From Squalus acanthias (Eukaryota), in assembly GCA_030390025.1 (NCBI GenBank), contig CM059437.1, positions 30,196,001 through 30,260,000 of the forward strand: DNA of 64,000 nucleotides, written 5' to 3'. Of the stretch, positions 23,971 through 36,982 are shown one piece after another. Each line of letters opens with the position of its first letter. Positions within the stretch are counted from its first letter, which is position 1. A program made the translations under genes and the position numbers. Below the pieces are notes generated by a model. The model was not told the DNA's origin, searched no databases, and worked only from the letters and a program-made list of their open reading frames with translations.

Positions 23971-24626
23971 AATCCGTTGTTGAGAGCTCTCTTCACGAGT
24001 TCAATTTCCAGTCTGTGCTCAATTAGCTGAGCTTAGCTGGACCAGCAGTTGGGGTGTGACAACTGGGGAATAACATGCACTCAATTATTGGTCAGGCAGG
24101 GGAAATAAATATCAGTGTGCAACAGAGCTGCATAGAGCAGTAGGCCCCAGGTTCGCTTCCTGGCCTGTGCTGAGTAAACAAACCCTAGTTAAGGGCGGCA
24201 ACTGCGCTGCGACATTTGGCTTCAGCACTCCAGGACTGGAAATCAGATTCTAGCCAGTATCGAGCAACCCCTGCTGGGAATTAGGTACGAGTGGGTGTCG
24301 GAGCTGGATTGGACGCAGCTGTAATGCCCCTTCCCAGGTTAACTAGCCTGTTGACACTCACCGTCAAGGTTCAGGCACGGTACTGAGAGCTGCTGGCATT
24401 TAGGCACCCGCACCCAGTTAAATGCACCTTCAGGGCAACGGGGGAGAAAATTAGTAAAACATATAAAGGGTTCAAAATGTGTTGGCTGTGAAAAAAACAT
24501 CTCCTGTGGTATGTGAGTAGGAGTTCTCTCATCACATTTCCTATAATGATAATTAACGATTATCTGTCTTGATAAAATAATTTTACTATACGTCTGTATC
24601 ACTGAACCATAAACCAGAGCAGTACA

Positions 24627-24745
24627 GACCTGAAACGTTAACTCTGTTTCTCTCTCCACAGATGCTGCCTGACCTGCTGAGTATTTCCAGCATTTCCTGT
24701 TTTTATTTCAGATTTCCAGCATCCGCAGTATTTTGCTTTTGTATT
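24627..24745 (+). mobile_element. Penelope-type 3' fragment with half a hammerhead motif
   Basis: gacctgaaacgttaactctg...cagcatccgcagtattttgc. A degenerate copy lies at about 46947-47024. Confidence 0.75.
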
Positions 24746-25586
24746 GTTGCAGTACAATACAATACTGCTGTTACGTTAAACCTGTTTACTTCCGAAACCA
24801 TTGCAAATCTTCGCACTATTCCATCAGAATAACTCGTGATTAAAGACGGTTTTGGCTGGTTAAAAAGATGCTTCATTTTAACAGGTGGTGGTACGAAGGT
24901 GCTGGGTTAACACGGGGCAAAAAAAAACCCAATGATGCTGTGATTTGGGTTAACGACTATATCGCTGCTGATAATAGTTTGGTTTTCTCATGCTGTTGCG
25001 CCTCTAAGTCCTCCAAGCTGGTTTGCTCCACTGGTGTCGCAAGCCTTGGCTGTTTTTTTTTAAATTTCCACTTTCGGTCCACCTCTCCTGAAGGCATTGA
25101 CCCTCCCCGGAGTATGGGTTCCACAGGCTCTGGTCACCCTCTGATACCTCAGCCAACTGGCATTCTCCATTGGTGAGCTGAGGCAGCAAGTGCCAGCCAG
25201 TATGACACAATCATGGAGAGCATTCTCTGCTCAGCCTGACCTTGCCCTCACCCAATGTCCAAACGCCTGCACTTTCCAGTTAGGGGGATCACTGGGGTGA
25301 CAACCAGAAGCAGCAAGAATGTGGTGGAATTATTTTTTAACCCTTTCTCTAGCCCAGGGACACCGAGGCTTATTGCAGTGTTGTGGTTGATGCCTGGCTG
25401 AGGTCAGCTAGCTCCGTATGAATTGTGCGACCACAGGCGCACGTACAAGGTGTCAGCTGTGGCTCAATGTTAGCACCCTTGGCGCTGTGTCAGAAGGTTG
25501 TGGGTTCAAGCCCCACTCCAAAGATATAATCCAGGCTGACACGCCAGTGCAGTACTGAGGGAGTGCGGCCCTGACGGAGATCCCAA

Positions 25587-27352
25587 AAGACTTGCATTTA
25601 TGTCACGCCTTTCACAACTTTAGGACATCCCAAAGCACTTTCCAGCCAATGAAGTACTTTTGTAGCGTAGTCACTGCTGTAATGTAGGAAACACGGGCCT
25701 AGAAATTCGAGTAAGCCCGAAAATGGGCGGTGCCACCACGGGCCAAGGTTAACGGCCGCCCGCAAAAGTAGCGCAGGCAGCATCGGTATTTTGGTGCTGC
25801 CTGGTGATTTAAGTGAGCAGAGCGCAGAATCTCCTGAGCAAAGCACTCTTTCCGGCGGTAAAATCAGCAGGAGGTCGAAGGTCGGGTCTAAAGGATCGGT
25901 GCGGTGTTCTCGGGCAGTCACCTATTAACAGTGAAAGACTGCGTCATAGCTGTCGTTAAACCAGCGTACGAGAAATCAACTGAAAGACAGTTTTTAAAAA
26001 GGGAACGTGAACCTCTTGGTCAGGAGTTCACTGGTGTAAATGGTGCAGAAGAGACTTCAATTACATTTTTAACAACAGCAGACTTTTGAAGAACCCTTGG
26101 TGAGACTATGGTGTTAAATCTTCCTTAATTCTTGGCCTTTTAAAAACAGACTTCAAAACTTTGCATATTATTTTATCAGTTCCTAAACTGAAAAACACAA
26201 ATTTAAGGAAATGCAGCTTTAATTTTTGTCCTGACTTTCTTACAACTGTAGTACAGTATAGTTTATTTTAAATGTATTCACTTGCTGTAATGTTTGACTG
26301 ACCAGGGGGGAGATTTGATGCATCTCATTGGAAGCAGTTTTCATTCCAATTACATAGGCCGGAATTTTCATAGGAACAAACGGGTGGGTTAGAGGGGGAG
26401 GAAGTGAAAGTTGTAAAAATCTAAAACCCGACCCCAACACACCTCCAACCCGCCCACTTTCACCTTTTACTCAGGCGGGACGGGGGGGGGGGGGGGGGGC
26501 AGGGGCGGGCAGCCAACCCACTGCCAGGAGGCGGGTTAGCAACTTAAATATGATAATGAGGCCTGAAACCTCTACTTTAACCTGCTTTGCAGGTTTAACT
26601 GCAGGTGGTCGGGGATCCCGGGATTCCCGGTAGCTGCAACGAGGCAGCCACAGCCTTGGGGAGCAATCCTTGTGGGCCAGGAGGAAGCACCCAAGTCCCG
26701 CACCAGCAGCCCGCACCCCTCCGGGTTCGAGGTTCGGAGCCCCTCAGGGGATCGCGACTCAGTCCCGGGGACGGGGATTGGACCCCCCCCCCCATCCTGG
26801 GCCCAGCACCTACCTGGTCCTGCGTCCTCCTGGTCCGTGTTCCCCTGCTTTGGAGAGGGCGGTAAGAGGAGTGGCGACATCCAAAATCAACGAGAGTGCG
26901 TCAATTCGGCATTGCACGCCGATTGACGTCACGTTCCTGGTAATTAAAATACTTGCGGCGAGCCCAAATTGGCGGCGGCCGCCGCATTCCGCACCAAAAG
27001 TGGGCGGAAACGAGGCAGCCGCCATTTAGTATGCTAAACCGGCCTCAATGGCCGGCGCTAAAGGTTCGAAAATCTAGGCCACGGCAGCCCATTAGCACAC
27101 AGCAAGGTCCCACAAACAGCAATGAGTTAATGACCAGAAAATCTATAATTTTTTTTAGTGATGTTGATTGAGGGATAAATATTGGCATGGACACTGGGGA
27201 GAACTCCCTTGCTTGTCTTCAAACAATGCCATGGGATCTTTAACGTCCCCCTGAAAGGGTAGGCAGGGCCTTAGATTAACGCCTTATCCGAAAGACGGCT
27301 CCTCCGACAGTGCCGTACTGAGGGAGCGTCAGCTAGATTTTGTGCTCAAGTC
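25587..27352 (-). mobile_element. DeuSINE split by a Harbinger-type MITE
   Basis: Tail at 25587-25695; the body resumes at 27081. Confidence 0.82.
25696..27080. mobile_element. Harbinger-type non-autonomous element with a nested MITE left end at 26357
   Basis: TIR GGCCTAGA(AA/TT)TTCGA and TSD ACG; an internal GGCCGGAATTTTC end. Confidence 0.78.
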
Positions 27353-28560
27353 GATATACATATGTGGGGTGTGTGTGTGTATATAAAATCACACAAATTA
27401 AAATCGAGAGACAGATTTAAATAGAAAGGTTTAAAACAAACTCTTATAAATGGGCCTGGGAAGGGAGACTGTGTCTGTCGAATCCTACAATTAATTGATG
27501 GGTTTTTCCACGGCGTCTCAAGTCATGTAAATTATGGGAGATCGTTTCTGGTATCTATCTCATTGTCGGAGATAGCCACAGAGAGAGATCGACACTAATA
27601 CAGGAAGAGCCACCTAACACCTCTAGTCAAGCGGAACTGCGTGCATGCTCATTGCAAAAATAAAAGCGAGAACATTTTATTTTAAAAAAATACTCCCACA
27701 TCAAGTTAGTTAAAGCAGTGCAAATATAACACAATAAATCAGTATTTTATTCATCATTTTGTATTGTGTGAGGATTAGTGATATTGAGAGTTTACTAATC
27801 ACAGCAGTGAAAGGTAAAACTAAGCCAAAGTGGTTTTAATGCTTAAATAGAATATTTTAAAAGTTCCTAATGAAGACGTTTACCGAAAATGGTAATTTAC
27901 AAAGATATTTTCTTTTCACAATTATGGATAGGTAGGTTTATGTTTTTTTTTTAAAGTAACAGGTCCGTTAGTTAGTTCAAGAGGTAGGTTTATGCTTTTA
28001 AAAAAGATATCACACATCCATTCGATGCTTTATGCACATTTGTCTGCAAACCCAGTGGCTGCAGAACATGTCGGATGTCTTGTTGAACGCTCAAAGGCAG
28101 CGCAACACTGGATGTTAGGGGTGTCTCACACTTCGCAAAACACTCCTTCTAAAGAAAAAAAACTGTCTTCTGTTTAAAGTGAGGGAGTGCAGCATTCTGT
28201 GCACATAGTTTGAAACCAGTACCAACATAGTGCCCTGCTCCCAACATTAGGTTAATAAAATGGTGCAATTGATTCAGGCAAATCCTGTTGTGTGAATAAT
28301 CCGCTTTCAGCATTTAATTGGTTCATCAGGAATTCATAAGGAAACATTAGTCAGAATTTTCTCTTGAATTTTAAATCTCTTCAATTTTGTCACCCCCAAC
28401 TGACGTCCTGTGCCATTGCTCATGAAGTAACCTGGAGCACCTTTGTGATGTTTAGCTCAGAAGATGATCTTATAGTTATGACATAGTCTGAGCATTGCTA
28501 ATGCTTCAGAAACAACATTATGCTGGTGTACATTTTTATTGTGCCTTTTCCAGGTAGGAG

Positions 28561-29005
28561 AGCCTTGGCACAGTGGTAGCACTCTCACCTCGGAGTCAGA
28601 AGATCTGTGGGGTTCAAGTCCCGTCTTAAGCACAAAATCTAGGCTGACCCTCCCAGTGCAGTGCTGAGGGAGTGCTGCACTGTCAGAGGTGCCGTCTTTC
28701 GGATGAGACGTTAAACCGAGGCCCCGTCTGCTCTCTCAGGTGGATGTAAAAGATCCTGCGGCACTATTTCGAAGAAGAGCAGGGGAGTTATCCCCAGCGT
28801 CCTGGACAACATTTATCCCTCAATCAAAATCAATTTTTAAAAAAATTATCTGGTCATTATCGTGTTGCTGTTTATGGGACCTTGCTGTGGGCGAATTGGC
28901 TGCTGCGTTTCCTATCTTACAGCAGTAACTATACTTCAAGAGTGGTTGCAAAGCGCTTTGGTACGTCCTGAGATCGTGTCAGGCAGAAGGTTTATCTTTT
29001 TCTTT
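28561..29005 (+). mobile_element. DeuSINE
   Basis: Full head, Deu core and tail. Confidence 0.88.
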
Positions 29006-30569
29006 CAGGTGGATTTGTTCCATTTTGCAATTTCTTTCTAAAATATTGACATTTGGTGCTGTAGTAAAGGTTTAAATTAGGACAAGATTACAGTAAAGCT
29101 GCTAATGTAAGCTTTCCTATTGCACTGTATGGCTTGACATTGGTCCATGTCAGTAACAATACGTGAAGCACACTGTGAAACTCCTGGGGGTGGGGTGGGG
29201 GGGGGGGTGTGTGTGTTTTTTCCGGAGGTGGATGTGCTCTCAGCCCTCTCTCCCCGCTAAATTTTCTCGTAAAATCTTCTCTCAGGCGTTCATAGTTACC
29301 GTTCCAGCTCGCAGAACAACCTTACAGTCACCGTTTATTTAAAAGAAAATGAATTGACATTCTACAAGCTGTTGTGGTACTTCGTCAATTAGGTGGCGTG
29401 CGCTGTATGAATCGTGAGCAGTTTCTCAAACAGATTATGTGAAAGACTGCAAAATGGAAACTTCCTTGGTGACAAACTCATTGAGTTACCAAGGCCGGTG
29501 CCAAGCACTCAGCCCCCCCCACCCTCCCCCGCCCGAGCGTGGGTGCTAATGCGCCCATTCGAGAAAAAAAATCTAATCCTCAGATGAACATTTGTGAGAA
29601 ACGAGCTTTCCACTGTCACTTTATTTTTCCAAAGTCAAAAGGGATTGGTTGTCTTGCGAAAAAAAAAGACATTTGCAAAAATAAAACACCCTCAGGGTTA
29701 AATTAGCGGAGAAATTAGGGGTCACGGAGGTGACTGGAATTTCCTAACAGTGGTTATTTGAAAAGGTTCATTCTATAATTTGTGCTTATTTTCCTTTATT
29801 TGATTGAATTGTTAAAAAACAAACTCCCACCTTTTACGTCACCACTTTTACTGGTATCACACCATATGGGACTGCAACTGTTTAACAAGATGGCGGCTCA
29901 CTACCACCTACTGAAGGGCGACTAGGGGTGGGTAATAAATGCCGGTCTTGCCCGTGAGGCCCACATCCCAAGAATGGGGGAAAAAAAAGGGATAAATGTG
30001 ATGTGAAATGGCAATTAACACAGGACTGTGCCTGGCAGGAGTAATATAAAGGCAAGTTGTTGCTGTAACACATGGACTGCCACCCATCTTCACTTGACGA
30101 AGGTTTGACATCTTCTGAACCCCTTTGAAGCATGTTCTTAGATGTCTCCTATCCAATATACAACTTCACCTCAACAGAAGTGTAGTAAGGGCTGCCTTCA
30201 GGACTGAAGCCGTGTCATAGACAGGCTGGGATGCTTTCTAGACAACATTTAACTGCAGGTGTTGTTGATATTCTCACTCACAGAAGGTGATAACTCTCAC
30301 CAGTGAAAGTTAAAACAGGTTGACAGACGTGTGAAAGTTCACCTGACTGCCTGTGTCAAAGGCTGTTTTCTGGAGCAGATTTGACTGCCTGCAGTCCGAC
30401 AGTAGCCGTGGACTGAATAAAGATTGCACCATGTGATGCTGCGCTCCTTTTGTTACTTGTCCACTGGTTCCCCTCAGCTGTGGGTACTTTGCACTCAGGA
30501 ATAGATGCAACCAGTGCCATCAAGTATACACAATAAATTTAGGAGTGCCCTATCCTTGCGTTTTTTAAT

Positions 30570-30945
30570 AAGACGTTAAACCGAGGCCCCGTCTGCCCTC
30601 TCAGGTGGATGTAAAAGATCACCTTGGCACTATTTCGAAGGGGAGCAGGGGAGTTCTTACCGGTGTCCCGGCCAATATTTATCCCTCAACCAACATCACA
30701 GATTATCTGGCCATTACCACATTGCTGTTTGCGGGACCTTGCTGTGCGTAAATAGGCTGCCGCGTTTCCTACATTACGGCAGTGATTACACTTCATCTTT
30801 GGTGTAAAGCACCTCGGGACAGCCTGAGGTCAATGAAAGGTGCTGGGAGTGTCAGCCTGGATTTTGTGCTCAAGTCGCTGGAGTGGGCCTTGAACACACA
30901 ACCTTCTGCTGACAAAGGCGAGGGTGCTACCCACTGAGCCACAGC
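30570..30945. mobile_element. Headless DeuSINE (+) joined to an inverted DeuSINE head (-)
   Basis: Body at 30570-30844, reverse-complement head at 30845-30945. Confidence 0.75.
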
Positions 30946-31569
30946 GCAAGTATTGCTTAGCTACAGCCTCCCAAAAGTGGCTGGGAATTTAACTTGTTGA
31001 ATATAAGTATATAAGGTGAATGTGTACCACACCAGGCGCTACATGTGCTGTCTAAGCCACTTTACTGAGTACTCTCTCCCCCGCCCCAGAATGTATTTGT
31101 GGTCAGTCTTAAGTTGCTATTTCTGTTGATTTTCTTTCAGCAGTTCTCTGGTACTCGCTCTCGGCCTGCGGTCGGTGAGTCAGGGCTGCTATCTGAGGGG
31201 AAGTCGTCACCCATCTCGAGCCCTCGGCTGCAGCACAGGCAAGTTTCTGACCACGGGCCAGTGGCATTTGCTACTTACAGGGTTGGTTTCGGCTGTGGAG
31301 GGTAGGGGACGAGGCCAGTAGGTTGATTACCACAAAAAAGCTACCCTCCACACGTAGAGAGCCATAATAACTGGCATGGCCTGCATTGTGTTATGCAATC
31401 CAGTTGTTACCACTGTGCTGGCCATTACTATGCTCCTCTTTATATGTGCTTGTGGGCTGAGTGTTTGCTTTGACCCCTTTTGAAGTGCAGCGGTCTCTAC
31501 ATATGCAAATACTTATAAAATACTAAATGTGTGTTCTTTTAGAGATGAAGTGCGTAAATTTAGTGCTCC

Positions 31570-32432
31570 CGGTCACTCTCGTCTCGGAGTCAGAAGGTCA
31601 TGGGTTTGAGTCCCACTCCAGACTCTAGGCTGACACTCCAGTGCAGTGCTGAGGGAGTGCTGCACTGTCGGAGGCGCCGTCTTTCGGATGAGACGTTAAA
31701 CCGAGGCCCCGTCTGCCCTCTCGGGTGGATGTAAAAGATCTCACGGCACTATTTCGAAGAAGAGCAGGGAAGTTATCCCCAGTGTGGGCAACACGGTGGC
31801 ATAGTGGTTAGCACTGGTGCCTCACAGCGCCAGGGATCCGGGTTCGAATCTGACCTCGGGTGACTGTCTGTGTGGAGTTTGCACAATCTCCCCGTGTCTG
31901 CGTGGGTTTCCTCCGGGTGCTCCGGTTTCCTCCCACAGTCCAAAAATGTGCAGGTTAGGTTGATTTGGCTATGATAAATAGACCCTTAGTGTTAGGAGGG
32001 GATTAAATATGTGGGGTTATGGGGATAGGATGGGATATGTTAGGGGGAATTAAATACGTGGGGTTACGGGGGTAGGGTGGGATATGTGTACTGTGGGGAT
32101 TAAAGCAGGGACAGGGTACTGGATTTGGATGATCAGCCATGATCGTATTGAATGGTGGAGCAGGCTCGACGGGCTGAATGGCCTACTCCTGCTCCTAGAT
32201 TCTATGTTTCTATGTCCTGGCCAGTATTTATCTCACAATTAACATCACAAAAACAGATTATTTGGTCATTTTCACGTTACTGTTCGTGGGAGCTTGCTGT
32301 GCGCAAAATTGGCTGCCGCGTTTCCTACATTACAGCAGTGACTACACTTCAAAAGTACTTCATTGGCTGTAACGCGCGATGGGACGTCCCAAGGTCATGA
32401 AAGGCGCTATATAAATGCAAGTATTTCTTTCT
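31570..32432 (+). mobile_element. DeuSINE split by an HE1 SINE
   Basis: Breaks at ccccagtgt| and resumes at |cctggccagtattta. Confidence 0.85.
31790..32214 (+). mobile_element. Full-length HE1-type V-SINE
   Basis: tRNA head ggtggcatagtggttagcac...ggttcgaatc; V-domain gtgtggagtttgcac...gtgggtttcctccgggtgctccggtttcctcccacagtccaaa; CR1-type tail. Confidence 0.9.
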
Positions 32433-32799
32433 CCTGGCCAGGAATGTACATTGGGAATTCAGATCTATTAATTTCGATGGACAGATTTTTATCGGTGGCC
32501 ACACACCCCAACAGCCAGTGTTTCCTCCCAGCGTGCAAAGCCTATGCTCTGGGAAGGGCTAAAGATAAACATTTATCTCAAGGCTCAATGACTGAATGAC
32601 CTCCTCCTGTGCCTCTGACTCTTCAAATACTTTTCCTTTACGTTCCATACAAATAATGAACAAGGTTGCAACATTAAAAGTTAGTCATGTTTTAGGGTTT
32701 GAATTTTCATGGGGGGTCTCCAGAACATCCACTGGAGTTTCAACGGAAGATCTAAGGAAATCTTCGATTCAACCCCTTTGTGTCTGCAGACACTGCGAA

Positions 32800-33512
32800 C
32801 AACAACAACCACCTGTATTTATATAGCCCCTTTAATGTAGTAAAACGTCCCAAGGTGTTTCACACGAGTGTAATCAAACAAAATTTGACACTGAGCCACA
32901 TAAGGAGATATCAGGACAGGTGACCAAAAGCTTGGTCAAAGAGGTAGGTTTTAAGGAGGGTCTTAAAGGAGAAGAGAGGCGGAGAGAATTAGGAAGAATT
33001 CAGAGCTTAGGGCCTCGGCTGCCCGTGTCCTAACTCGCGCCAAGTCCCGTTCGCCCATCACCCCTGTGCTCGCTGACCTACATTGGCTCCCGGTTAAGCA
33101 GCGCCTCGATTTCAAAATTCTCATCCTTGTTTTCAAATCCCTCCATGGCCTCGCCCCTCCTTATCTCTAATCTCCTTCAGCCCCACAACCCCCCCCCGAG
33201 ATATCTGCCCTCTTGAGCATCCCTGATTATAATCCCTCAACCATTGGTGGCCGTGCCTTCTGTTGCCTAGGCCCTAAGCTCTGGAATTCCCTGCCTAAAC
33301 CTGTCCACCTCACTACCTCTCTTTCCTCCTTTAAGACGCTCCTTAAAACCTACCTCTTTGACCAAGCATTTGGTCACCTGCCCTAATTTATCCTTATGTG
33401 GATCGGTGTCAAATAGTTTGTCTTAAAATACTCCTGTGCAGCGCCTTGGGACGTTTTACTACGTTAAAGACGCTATATAAATACAAATTGTTGTAGGCAG
33501 CTGAAGGCACGG
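32800..33512. mobile_element. L2 fragment (-) with an inverted L2 fragment (+) nested inside
   Basis: Outer copy at 32800-33018 and 33497-33512; inner copy at 33019-33495. Confidence 0.8.
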
Positions 33513-33929
33513 ACAGTTTCCCTGGCCTCATGCAGTTTGGTGATTCTACATTAGAAAATATGAACTAGGCGAGCACGACACACCTCAGGAGGGAGACTGT
33601 GCATTTTGTAAAGGGACTCGATCTCAAAAGAAATTATTCCTTAATTTTCATGAGGCATACTGTCTCTTTAAGGATAGTTACAATCATTTTTAAGATGGGT
33701 ATAATGACTCCATCAGGAGGATATGGCCTCATCTCTATAGCTTATTTGAATATGCTAGATTATTAAAGGATGTTGAGGCTTCATGTCGTACTTCAAGCTT
33801 ATCAGCTCCCTCAAGTGTCACTAAGATGCATTTACAATAAATGAACAGAGGTTTAAAGAACGCTCTACGCAGAATGTGGAAACCCAGGAACAAATTCCCA
33901 GGAATAGAAGACAACACAAAATGAGAAAA

Positions 33930-34355
33930 GAGAGGAGATTTACTAGAATGATACCAGGGATGAGGGACTTCAGTTACGTGGAGAGACGAGAGAAGCCAGG
34001 ATTGTTCTCTTTAGAGCAAAGGTTAAGGGGAGATTTAATAGAGGTGTTCAAAATTATGAAGGGTTTTGATAGAGTAAATAGGGCGATGCTGTTTCCACTG
34101 GCAGGAGGGTCAGTAACCCGAGAACATAAATTTAAGATAATTGGTGAAAGAACCAGAGGGAGATGAGGAGAATTTTTTTTACGCAGCGAGTTGTTGTGAT
34201 CTGGAACGCGCTGCCTGAAAGGGCGGTGGAAGCAGATTCAATAGTAACTTTCAAAAGGGAATTTGATGAATACTTAAAAAGGAAAAATTTGCAGGGCTCT
34301 GGGGAAAGAGTAAGGGGGTGGGACTAATTGGACAGGCACGATGGGCTGAATGGCT
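33930..34355 (+). mobile_element. CR1 3' fragment
   Basis: RRFTRMIPGMRDFSY...RLRGDLIEVFKIM. Confidence 0.88.
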
Positions 34356-35939
34356 ATATGACTGCAATGATGGTAGATAGGATAGAGCGTTGTAGTGAGA
34401 GGCCCATTGTACCAACACCGCAGACTAGATTCAACCAACACACAGGTGAACACTGAGATATCAGCTAGTGAATGTTTAATGCATTCAGGTGAAATTCTTT
34501 TGTGCACTGTTTTAATGGAGGTGCATGACTTTGAATGGTGAAGGGATCCCAAACGCAAACTTGTTAGGCATTCTTACGCTAATATCGAACCCCCTAAGTG
34601 ATCATTTCTTATTTTGTTAAAAGTTACGGTGCTGTCTAGTCAATCAAGAGGTTGTCAGTCAACTTACAAAGAGGTTAAAGCACAATGACAGAATCCCATA
34701 GCCATTCCACCTGCTGCTATCGATTGTTGTAAGATGAACAAAGTCAAAATCTAAAGGCTGGCATGGAGGCACGGCCCTTTGAGACACCATTGGCAGGTTA
34801 CCCGCTGCTCCACCCATGGGCAGGTGGTGCAAGGCACAAGGAGAATGGCTGAAAGGGAGAAGATAAAAGAAAAACAAGGAAGTCTTACCCTCCCAAATTG
34901 GGTTATTACATTCCTCCCATTATAACAGCACTCCCATCTAGTCCTGTTCCAAGTCTGCGGACCTTTGGGCTAGTGGGTAAAGGCACCACCCAAATGAAGC
35001 CCAAAAGATCCTGTGTTCACTTCTCAATCTGTGCTGATCACAGCCAGGGCAGCTTCAATGGGGCATCAGGTGACCTAGAGCGACGGGGGAAACAAGATGG
35101 GAATCAACCTAAGGATCCCACTCACAATCGCGAACTAATGACTTCACCCCGAAATAGAACAGGAGGAGGCCATTCAGCCCCTCGAGCCTGTTCCGGCATT
35201 CAGTTAGATCATGGCTGGTCTGTATTAGGTCTCGCAAACATAACTGGGCTCCGCTGTGATGCTCTCAGCGTTCAAGTTGCCTGGAAAACACTCATTGCCC
35301 AGGCCTCACGAAGGTGCCCGTGGAACCCCAGCAAGAATCAGGAGAGGAAGGGAGGAAATCGAAAAGAGCTAGAGTTGATTTGGTTCTCTGATGTGTGCTC
35401 TCAAAAGGGCACGATAATCTAGAACAGCGCTGGGGTGGATCCCTGACAAGAATGGCTTGGGCAGGTCTGTGCTGGTTTATAAACACAGATCTCACCACAG
35501 TTCATGCTAGAAATTAATTAAAAAGTCATGAGTGGGAGTTAATAGGAGACCGGGGGGCGGGGGGCGGGGGGAGGGGGGGGACATGTACTTTGAAGCGACA
35601 GAGGGCATTTCACCCACTAGAGAGTCCACTGACACAGATAGACACTTGCTCCATGATACACCTGATCAGATCACCCCCTTGTATCCGTGATCCAGCGCTC
35701 AGAGGAAGCACTTCCCTACTACACAGCTTGTGACGTTCATCTATTGAATAGCATTGGACAGATAGTCACAGGCCGAGTGCCCGCGATTTTCCAAGATACA
35801 CTGTCTGTGAGTGTTAGCACCCCCCGCCCCCCCCCCCCCCCGCTGGAACGCGGGAATCATCCCTATCGTTCACAGTCAGCCCTTTACACAAGAATACAAA
35901 GAGGATTTACAATTCCCTGTTCTCCTCGCCTAATTTAAT

Positions 35940-36379
35940 AAAGAAAGAAGAAAGACTTGCATTTATATAGCGCCTTTCACAACCTCAGGACGTCCCAAAG
36001 TACTTTACAGTCAATGAAGTACTTTTGAAGTGTGGTCACTGTTGTAACACAAGAAACACGGCATCCAATTAGCGAGCTCCCACACACAGCAATGTGATAA
36101 TGACCAGATAATCTGTTTTTTTAATGATGTTGGTTGAGGGATAAATATTGGCCAGGACACTGGGGAGGACTCCCCTGCTCTTCTTCGAAATAGCGCCGTG
36201 GGGCAGACGGGACCTCAGTTTAACATCTTATCTGAAAGATGGCACCTCCAACATAGCAGCACTCTCTCAGCACTGCACTGGAGTGTCAGCCTCGATTATG
36301 CGCTCACACCTCTGGAGTGGGGCTTGAACCCATGACCTTCTGATTGAGGTGAGAGTGCTACCCACTGAGCCACACTGAC
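35940..36379 (-). mobile_element. DeuSINE
   Basis: Full-length reverse-complement copy. Confidence 0.88.
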
Positions 36380-36982
36380 AAATTAAAGAGCGCTGGACTG
36401 CAGATTAGTTAGGGACGGCTGAATTCTGTTCTTTTTATGCACATTGCACTGCGGCAACCTAATGTACATTAAACAACCGCAGCACAAACAGCGCTCATGC
36501 ACATGGAATAGGTATTAGCCTGTTGAACAGTTTTTAGATACCAGTGTTGTCCAACATGTTAGCGACGAGCTACATGTGTCTAATTGCATTTTTGATTAAT
36601 AAATAAAAGTTAGGTAATAGACACCATCATTGGGGATGTAATCTCAATACTCCCTTTCGCGCAGCATATGCAAGTGAACTTTAACCTTTTTGTTGGTAAA
36701 ATGGTAAGATAAAAAGCAGAGTGTGAGAGTGTTTTTTGATCACTGCGTGCGCTTTACTTCCTTGGTTACCTGCTAAAATGGTGTGTAACACGGGGGGGAA
36801 AACACTGGACTTCAGCACCATGGAAAGACCAGCAACATTGGACGGAGCGGGAAGCTGTCATCGTGGTCAGCTCGACCAATCGGAATAACCGCTCCAGGCC
36901 AGCAGAAGAAAGCAAACCCAACCAATAATGGGCAGCCCCAACAGGGCATGTCACAGCAACAGGCAAGGAGCATCCAACCACA

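Noticed and set aside
29464..29494. Short hairpin ccttggtgac...gttaccaagg
   Set aside because: Too short for a pre-miRNA and matches no RNA family I recognise.
31141..31174. Plus-strand micro-exon (tttctttcag ... gtgagt)
   Set aside because: No other plus-strand exons or gene evidence to link it to.
31790..31860. tRNA-like sequence
   Set aside because: It is the head of a V-SINE, continuous with the V-domain and CR1 tail. The same holds for the DeuSINE heads, and no standalone tRNA gene is supported.
34802..34848. 47-nt minus-strand candidate exon with a strong polypyrimidine tract
   Set aside because: Moderate donor and an unrecognisable peptide; cannot be told apart from a chance pseudo-exon.
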